Of a DNA stretch of 60,358 nt, positions 55,373 through 60,358 are shown in pieces. Below the pieces are notes generated by a model. That model ran no database searches. It worked only from the letters and a program-made list of their open reading frames with translations, and was not told the DNA's origin. How positions within the stretch are numbered: position 1 is the stretch's first letter; the number at the start of each line of letters is the position of its first letter. This stretch comes from a virus. Lineage: Duplodnaviria > Caudoviricetes. The position numbers and the translations under genes were made by a program. The stretch covers positions 1 to 60,358 of the IMG/VR virus record IMGVR_UViG_3300020439_001546. One strand, 5' to 3'.

Positions 55373-55480
55373 CTACAATACTGTCTTATAGATCACAATT
55401 AACATTGATAAACTAATTCCAGATAGAAAGCCTAATGTGTAATCCTTCACACCTAGCTTAGTCCCAATATCCTTTACCAT
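55373..55480 (-). CDS. small membrane peptide (35 aa, not in ORF track)
   Basis: MVKDIGTKLGVKDYTLGFLSGISLSMLIVIYKTVL. Confidence 0.45.
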   Translation of the reverse strand: MVKDIGTKLGVKDYTLGFLSGISLSMLIVIYKTVL

Positions 55481-55483
55481 AGA

Positions 55484-55930
55484 TTAAAATTTCCTCTCAA
55501 AAAAAACAATAGTATCTTTTACCTCTGGTTCAAATGGAACCGGAATAAACTGAATGTCATCTGCTGGCACACCCAGATCAATCTCTGGTGCTTTCAGGTC
55601 TTGCGAACGCACACCCCGTGGCGTTGGCTTAACCTCATGCCAGTGACCACGATACCAGCGGTAATGACGCATCTGAGGTAGTCTCAGGTGAGTTTTAAAC
55701 GGTGCTTTGATAATATCTCCCGTACCCTTCAAGACAGTTCCTACGCCATCTACGGCCTTCTCAGTAGCCTCTTTACAGTAACATCCAACTCCACGAATAA
55801 CATCGACTGGTCGCAACACTTTGAATGTTGTGTAAGGACGACCTTTGTGGTGGCCTTCGTGAGCATCGGCTGTAGTTACACACCCAAGCGAAGATGCAAT
55901 CAACATAGCCGTAACAAATAAACCTTTCAT
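55484..55930 (-). CDS. secreted hypothetical protein
   Basis: Signal peptide ending 'ADA' and a GGAGG RBS. Confidence 0.7.
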   Translation of the reverse strand: MKGLFVTAMLIASSLGCVTTADAHEGHHKGRPYTTFKVLRPVDVIRGVGCYCKEATEKAVDGVGTVLKGTGDIIKAPFKTHLRLPQMRHYRWYRGHWHEVKPTPRGVRSQDLKAPEIDLGVPADDIQFIPVPFEPEVKDTIVFFERKF

Positions 55931-56013
55931 AGTTTTCCTCCAAAGTTAAATAAAAAGTAGTGCCACTATAACAACAGTAAGCACAATTCCGTAAATTACA
56001 TTCCTAATATTTT

Positions 56014-56406
56014 TCATGCCAACCCTTTATAAAAATCTAACACGAGAAAAAAAGGTAGCCCAAAATCTCGTTCCCAAAAGTTTCTCATGTCATTGACATA
56101 AAAAGTTAAAAAATAAAACAATGCGAACTGGAATAAGAACACAGGATAGATGACAAATTTGTACTTCGTTTTTATCATCGCCAACATTAGCACTACTGCT
56201 AAGATTGTCCCCACGCTTTTAATTTCTACCAGACCCGCAACTCCATGCTCCTGAATAATTTTTGATGCAAAAGGATTTCTTTCGTCAACAGGTAATGAGG
56301 TAAAGAATACAACATTCAACACGTTATCGTATACTGAGATCAAACCTGAAAGAAAAGTTAATACCGCTAGTGTAAACTTATTGCTGAAGAAATTTTTAAT
56401 ACCCAT
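56014..56406 (-). CDS. multi-TM membrane protein (DUF5658-like 'E.NP' motif)
   Basis: Hydrophobic helices with 'D...ERNPFA...K'. Confidence 0.65.
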   Translation of the reverse strand: MGIKNFFSNKFTLAVLTFLSGLISVYDNVLNVVFFTSLPVDERNPFASKIIQEHGVAGLVEIKSVGTILAVVLMLAMIKTKYKFVIYPVFLFQFALFYFLTFYVNDMRNFWERDFGLPFFLVLDFYKGLA

Positions 56407-56470
56407 TTATAGTGACCTAAAAGAGTTGAGGTGAGTCCTATTCTCTCCATCGTTCACTATAATATACACT

Positions 56471-56635
56471 TTATTCTTCTTCAGACCAATCAAACTCCTC
56501 TAATTCTTCATCACTATAGCTTGCGGGCATCTCATCCTCGTCGATATAGTGATATGGGTCATAATCATCGCCAGTCCTTAGCATAATTTCGTCCAAGTAT
56601 TCGCCGTAAAAGGCTCTTACCATCAAGTCAAACAT
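56471..56635 (-). CDS. small very acidic protein (54 aa, not in ORF track)
   Basis: MFDLMVRAFYGEYLDEIMLRTGDDYDPYHYIDEDEMPASYSDEELEEFDWSEEE, with an AAGGA RBS. Confidence 0.6.
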   Translation of the reverse strand: MFDLMVRAFYGEYLDEIMLRTGDDYDPYHYIDEDEMPASYSDEELEEFDWSEEE

Positions 56636-56648
56636 AACAAATCCTTAG

Positions 56649-56683
56649 AAAAAGAAAGGGGAGCAGGGCGAACCATACTCCCC
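56649..56683 (-). terminator. intrinsic terminator after rIIB
   Basis: GGGGAG...CTCCCC stem followed by TTTCTTTTT. Confidence 0.75.
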
Positions 56684-56702
56684 ATGATCTAACCAACCAC
56701 GA

Positions 56703-57524
56703 TTAGAAATCTACTCCTGATTCGTAATAGTCGTCCTCGTACTCATCCTCCATGTACACTTCTTCTTCGAGTTGCTCACGGGCAATGGCAACCACAGTGT
56801 ACTTGCTGACTCGCATCTTAGAGTAATTGCAGTCAGTTGGTACGCTAACGATGTCAGCAGGGTCGAACTTGACAAGCAGAACAACGCCGTCATTGCCAGC
56901 CCAGTCATTGGCGTACTCGTAAGTACCCACATGCAGACCAGCGGCACAACCCTCGTTGCAGTTGTCGCTAACCTTACGTCGATTCATACTGCACTCGTCA
57001 CCGATGTTATTACGGAATGAAGTACCAGTGTACCTGTCAACGTGATCGCCAGCAGTAAGAGGACGACCGTTCTTGTCTGTGCGATCTTCACCTTGATAGA
57101 TGCTGACCCCTTTGTACCCAATTAACATTCCGTCATCGGAAATTGGCAGACCCTTGTGACTACACCATGTGTAGGACTCTTGTACAGCACGATTGCTGAC
57201 GTTCTGATAGAGGCGGTCTAGGTACGAGAGCATTGGCTTGTGATCCCAGCCGTTCTTGAGCATATTGATGATACGCTCGGTTGGCTGACTCGCTACCTGC
57301 TCGTCCTCGTAATACAGGAACCCGTCACGGAATTCAAAGTTACCTTCTGACCAGTTCTCGATAACCGTACCAGTGTTGAACAGAGTTACAAACTCGTTCT
57401 CGTCACCAGCCATAACACACTCGCACAACCCGTTATACTCTGGGTGAGTATGGTCGTACTGGAATGGCTGACCTCCGAGTACAACTGTCCAATGATTGTC
57501 ATTTGATTTGATATGTGACAACAT
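56703..57524 (-). CDS. rIIB: RIIB-like protein
   Basis: 'LPI..DG...GYK.V', 'M.R..V.D....C..GLHVG...YA', 'V..DPAD.VSVP.D...KMR...Y'. Confidence 0.9.
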   Translation of the reverse strand: MLSHIKSNDNHWTVVLGGQPFQYDHTHPEYNGLCECVMAGDENEFVTLFNTGTVIENWSEGNFEFRDGFLYYEDEQVASQPTERIINMLKNGWDHKPMLSYLDRLYQNVSNRAVQESYTWCSHKGLPISDDGMLIGYKGVSIYQGEDRTDKNGRPLTAGDHVDRYTGTSFRNNIGDECSMNRRKVSDNCNEGCAAGLHVGTYEYANDWAGNDGVVLLVKFDPADIVSVPTDCNYSKMRVSKYTVVAIAREQLEEEVYMEDEYEDDYYESGVDF

Positions 57525-57571
57525 AATTCTAATCCCTTGCTAAAGTAAAGTAATGTGATTGGTTTCACTCT

Positions 57572-57613
57572 ATTATAGTATAGTTATCGTCAAAGTCAAG
57601 AGGGTTCTTTAGA
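57572..57613 (-). promoter_or_regulatory. phage promoter for rIIB
   Basis: TCTAAAGA..TTGACT-16 (contains ACGAT)-TATAAT. Confidence 0.75.
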
Positions 57614-57619
57614 TTTTTT

Positions 57620-57790
57620 TCAAAATTCTTTGTGATCCCACTCAAATTCTTTTTGTTTCCCACTCTTGCGTACTTCGATGGAGTAGAAGTCTAAGCTATC
57701 ATCCTCCATCAACTCTTTAAGGTAATTGTAAACATCATCCTTTGTAACATCTGATCTATCAAATTGTAGTTCAATCTTAACTTCAGTCAT
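57620..57790 (-). CDS. small hypothetical protein (56 aa, not in ORF track)
   Basis: MTEVKIELQFDRSDV...EWDHKEF, overlapping the upstream stop. Confidence 0.6.
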   Translation of the reverse strand: MTEVKIELQFDRSDVTKDDVYNYLKELMEDDSLDFYSIEVRKSGKQKEFEWDHKEF

Positions 57791-57929
57791 CTTCTGTCTC
57801 CAATTCTACAACCCAACAGGACTCGTCGCAACCATCTTGCCAGTCAATCGCGTCCTGTAGATCATCAAATATACCATAACATTTGAACCCGTCAACGGGG
57901 TTTCCAACCATATTTGTGTATTTACTCAT
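57783..57929 (-). CDS. small hypothetical protein (48 aa, not in ORF track)
   Basis: MSKYTNMVGNPVDGFKCYGIFDD...; ATGA coupling. Confidence 0.6.
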   Translation of the reverse strand: MSKYTNMVGNPVDGFKCYGIFDDLQDAIDWQDGCDESCWVVELETEDD

Positions 57930-58084
57930 CCTTGTTGCTCCACATCATAGTCCTCGATGGCATAGTCCCAATCCTCTGGTAGCCCTCTGACATCTACACA
58001 CATACCGCCCTCAATGACAACTGTGATTTCGTGATACCTGTCCACTACCATCTCATGCTTGCTTAAAGTTACTGTATTACTCAT
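57926..58084 (-). CDS. small hypothetical protein (52 aa, not in ORF track)
   Basis: MSNTVTLSKH...VVIEGGMCVDVRGLPEDWDY..., with an AAGGAG RBS. Confidence 0.6.
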   Translation of the reverse strand: MSNTVTLSKHEMVVDRYHEITVVIEGGMCVDVRGLPEDWDYAIEDYDVEQQG

Positions 58085-58124
58085 CTTCAATCTCCTTCTC
58101 CTGTGATTGGTTAGTTGTCCTTTT

Positions 58125-58152
58125 ATTATAACATCTATCGGCTGGTTGTCAA
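58125..58152 (-). promoter_or_regulatory. phage promoter
   Basis: TTGACA-16 (contains CCGAT)-TATAAT. Confidence 0.75.
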
Positions 58153-58174
58153 TAGGTGCTTTAATAAATTTTAA

Positions 58175-58546
58175 TTATTTCCTAATTCTTCCTATCAAAT
58201 CTTTATTTTTATCAACTGGCTCTGCGGTTTTATCCACAATCATCTGTTCATCTGGATAGTAGAAAACAAAATATGAATGTATAATCTTAGTGTTTGGGCA
58301 GAACTGCCCCATCTCATACGTTGTTTGCCATACGTTAATTCTATATCGTTGAATCTTACCTTTCTGCCATAAGAATCCGGCACGAATCTTTGATATATTT
58401 TTTAACTTGCTAAAGTTACATTGCTCCTCTAAAAAGTCTTTTAAAATTTTATTTGGTATTTCAGGCTTGCTCACCTTTGCCTCGATTGGTTCAGGTGCAA
58501 CATAGGTCTTTGGTTTACTCTTGGTTCTCACGGATAGTACCTCCAA
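58175..58546 (-). CDS. hypothetical protein
   Basis: 123-aa ORF with 'RYRINVW...I..S.F'. Confidence 0.65.
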   Translation of the reverse strand: MEVLSVRTKSKPKTYVAPEPIEAKVSKPEIPNKILKDFLEEQCNFSKLKNISKIRAGFLWQKGKIQRYRINVWQTTYEMGQFCPNTKIIHSYFVFYYPDEQMIVDKTAEPVDKNKDLIGRIRK

Positions 58547-60356
58547 TGTAATTTGCGATCTTGGTTTGAATGTCCTTATCAGTTGACTGCATCTCCCAGT
58601 CTGACAGGAACGTGAGCATCTCGTACTTGACGAAGAACTCGTCCATCATGTCCTGAATCATAGTATCCTTCTCCATCTCGGCTAGAGCCTCGACACGATC
58701 CTTGTTGAGAGCAGATACCCAGTCGGCTATCTCGCTGTTGCTCTGCTCCTCTACAAGTGCCACCATGTCACTGATGTCGTCATGTTGCATGTGTTCGTGC
58801 ATCTGCTTGAACGTATTGAACTGGCGAACATTGTACTCGTAGTACGTCTTGGGTGATCGTGCAATTAGCTCACGCTTGACGTAATCTGCAAGGTCGATGA
58901 AGTTACCGTCCTTGAACTGCTTGGTCTTGAGGAACGCTGACTTAAGGGCAACAACTTTTGGTGCGTCGATACCACACTTCTCCAGACGACTCAACGCACG
59001 CTGAACATCCCTATTGGAGTAGTACACACGATCACCACCTTGTGGCTCCCAACGATTGATCTCGATGTACACTATCTCGTCGCCATCAATACTTAGCTCG
59101 GCCTCGTCGAAGAAGTCTTTGTTTGACCATCCAGAGAAGTTGCGGTCAAATACGAATGTCTTGACTGTGCTACCCGCTTTGGCGTAACTCTGGCGTACAA
59201 CTTTGGGCAAGTCCTCCAAGTCCAGCAATACGTCCTCGTCGATCAAGCACTCTTTGATCTGCTCGTCTGTCAGGATAACCATTGTTAGTCTGTTCTGATC
59301 CTTGATGTACTCTCTGATACGAGTCTGCATACGGTCTTTGTGACGGTAATACTTGATGTTCTCACCTACTGGCACACGCTTGGATGTAGCCTTGTCGGTG
59401 CTACGGTAGCTACGCTGGAAGTAGGTGAACTCCTTGCTTGTCTCTGGCAAGTCGTACTGCTCAAGGTCTGCTTTAACATGCCTACCGAGATTGCCTTGAC
59501 GCAAACGGTTTGCAAGAACAGCCTGCTTGAACGGAGAGTCCAACGCTGCGATTTGCTGACTCGCTTCGGTTGCTAATTTATCTTTTACTTGCTGGAACTT
59601 ATCCTTGATAGCCTGCTTGGTCTTGTCGTCCATAGCAAGATTCTCACGGGCAGTATCAAAGCTCAACTCACCCAGATCAAACTTGAGATAACCCTTTGTT
59701 TTGAACTCGTCTAGCTCATCAGGAATCTTGTAGGCGATGTTGCCCATGAGAGCATACATACCACCCCAACTGGCAGTCAAGCCAAAGTCCTCGCCTTTGA
59801 AAGCATAGTCGTCACGGGTTTCCTCGATAGTACGCACAACACTTTTGTCGTTGATCTCTGGTACAGTACCTTCCCAGAACCGGAACACGTTAGCCGCTTC
59901 TTCTGAGAACTCGTACACCTTACCCTGTACAGAGAGAGTGACCTTCAGACCGTTCTCGCCACCCCAACCGCACTCTGATATGAGCGAAACTACTGGCTTG
60001 CGATCCTCGTCACGATAGCAGGTGTAAGTACGACAAGTCCCGTCGAGATAACTTTCTACGGTAAAACTATCTGTCATAGAGTAGGGAGACAGACTGCCGA
60101 TACCAAAGCAACCAATGACCTCGTTACTGTCACGCTTGGTGCTGATGCCAATACCAGCAAAGATGTTACGCACCTCGTCGTCTGTGAGTCCTGTGCCGTA
60201 GTCACGGATAGAGAAGTATGGCTCTAACTGTGTGGGCAGATGTACCTCAAACGGAATGTCCGTAGTACCAGCCATAACGTGGCTGTCATGTGCATTGCAA
60301 GATAGCTCACGAATAATCGCTCGCTCTTTGTGAGAGTACACCTTGTCAGCGAACAT
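58515..60356 (-). CDS. rIIA: RIIA-like protein (GHKL ATPase N-terminus), probably truncated at window edge
   Basis: 'IRELSCNAHD', 'IRDYGTGL', 'STKRDSN..IG.FGIGS.SP.S'; rIIB lies nearby. Confidence 0.9.
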   Translation of the reverse strand: MFADKVYSHKERAIIRELSCNAHDSHVMAGTTDIPFEVHLPTQLEPYFSIRDYGTGLTDDEVRNIFAGIGISTKRDSNEVIGCFGIGSLSPYSMTDSFTVESYLDGTCRTYTCYRDEDRKPVVSLISECGWGGENGLKVTLSVQGKVYEFSEEAANVFRFWEGTVPEINDKSVVRTIEETRDDYAFKGEDFGLTASWGGMYALMGNIAYKIPDELDEFKTKGYLKFDLGELSFDTARENLAMDDKTKQAIKDKFQQVKDKLATEASQQIAALDSPFKQAVLANRLRQGNLGRHVKADLEQYDLPETSKEFTYFQRSYRSTDKATSKRVPVGENIKYYRHKDRMQTRIREYIKDQNRLTMVILTDEQIKECLIDEDVLLDLEDLPKVVRQSYAKAGSTVKTFVFDRNFSGWSNKDFFDEAELSIDGDEIVYIEINRWEPQGGDRVYYSNRDVQRALSRLEKCGIDAPKVVALKSAFLKTKQFKDGNFIDLADYVKRELIARSPKTYYEYNVRQFNTFKQMHEHMQHDDISDMVALVEEQSNSEIADWVSALNKDRVEALAEMEKDTMIQDMMDEFFVKYEMLTFLSDWEMQSTDKDIQTKIANYIGGTIRENQE

Positions 60357-60358
60357 AT

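Noticed and set aside
1-60358. Stop-codon reassignment (alternative genetic code)
   Set aside because: Genes are full length in the standard code. TAA, TAG and TGA all terminate genes with tight couplings, and no suppressor tRNA is present.

Overview
This window is a 60 kb piece of a large lytic dsDNA (tailed) bacteriophage genome, with essentially all genes on the minus strand. The host is inferred to be a planctomycete, from three Tat-exported DUF1501 genes and Pro/Tyr-rich secreted proteins. In coordinate order it contains: (1) a large glycosylation island with several glycosyltransferases, an epimerase, a methyltransferase, and a GT29 sialyltransferase-like gene next to a CMP-sugar synthetase; (2) a DNA polymerase III alpha split into two genes with a DEDDh proofreading exonuclease between them; (3) a host-like periplasmic cassette (3x DUF1501, a Cys-rich mini-protein, a PAP2 phosphatase); (4) replication, recombination and nucleotide genes (nuclease, dNMP kinase, primase, DnaB, RecA, PhoH, MazG, NrdAB, SSB, dCMP deaminase, ThyX); (5) a membrane-protein/papain-protease cluster that may be a lysis module; (6) a sigma factor, sugar-nucleotide genes, an ABC-ATPase/GNAT pair and UvsE; (7) an RNA island with four tRNAs for A-ending codons, a minimised circularly permuted (two-piece) tmRNA and two unassigned structured RNAs; (8) rIIB and rIIA. 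A repeated sigma70-type promoter with extra conserved elements punctuates the right half. All calls come from motif recognition by eye; no database searches were run.
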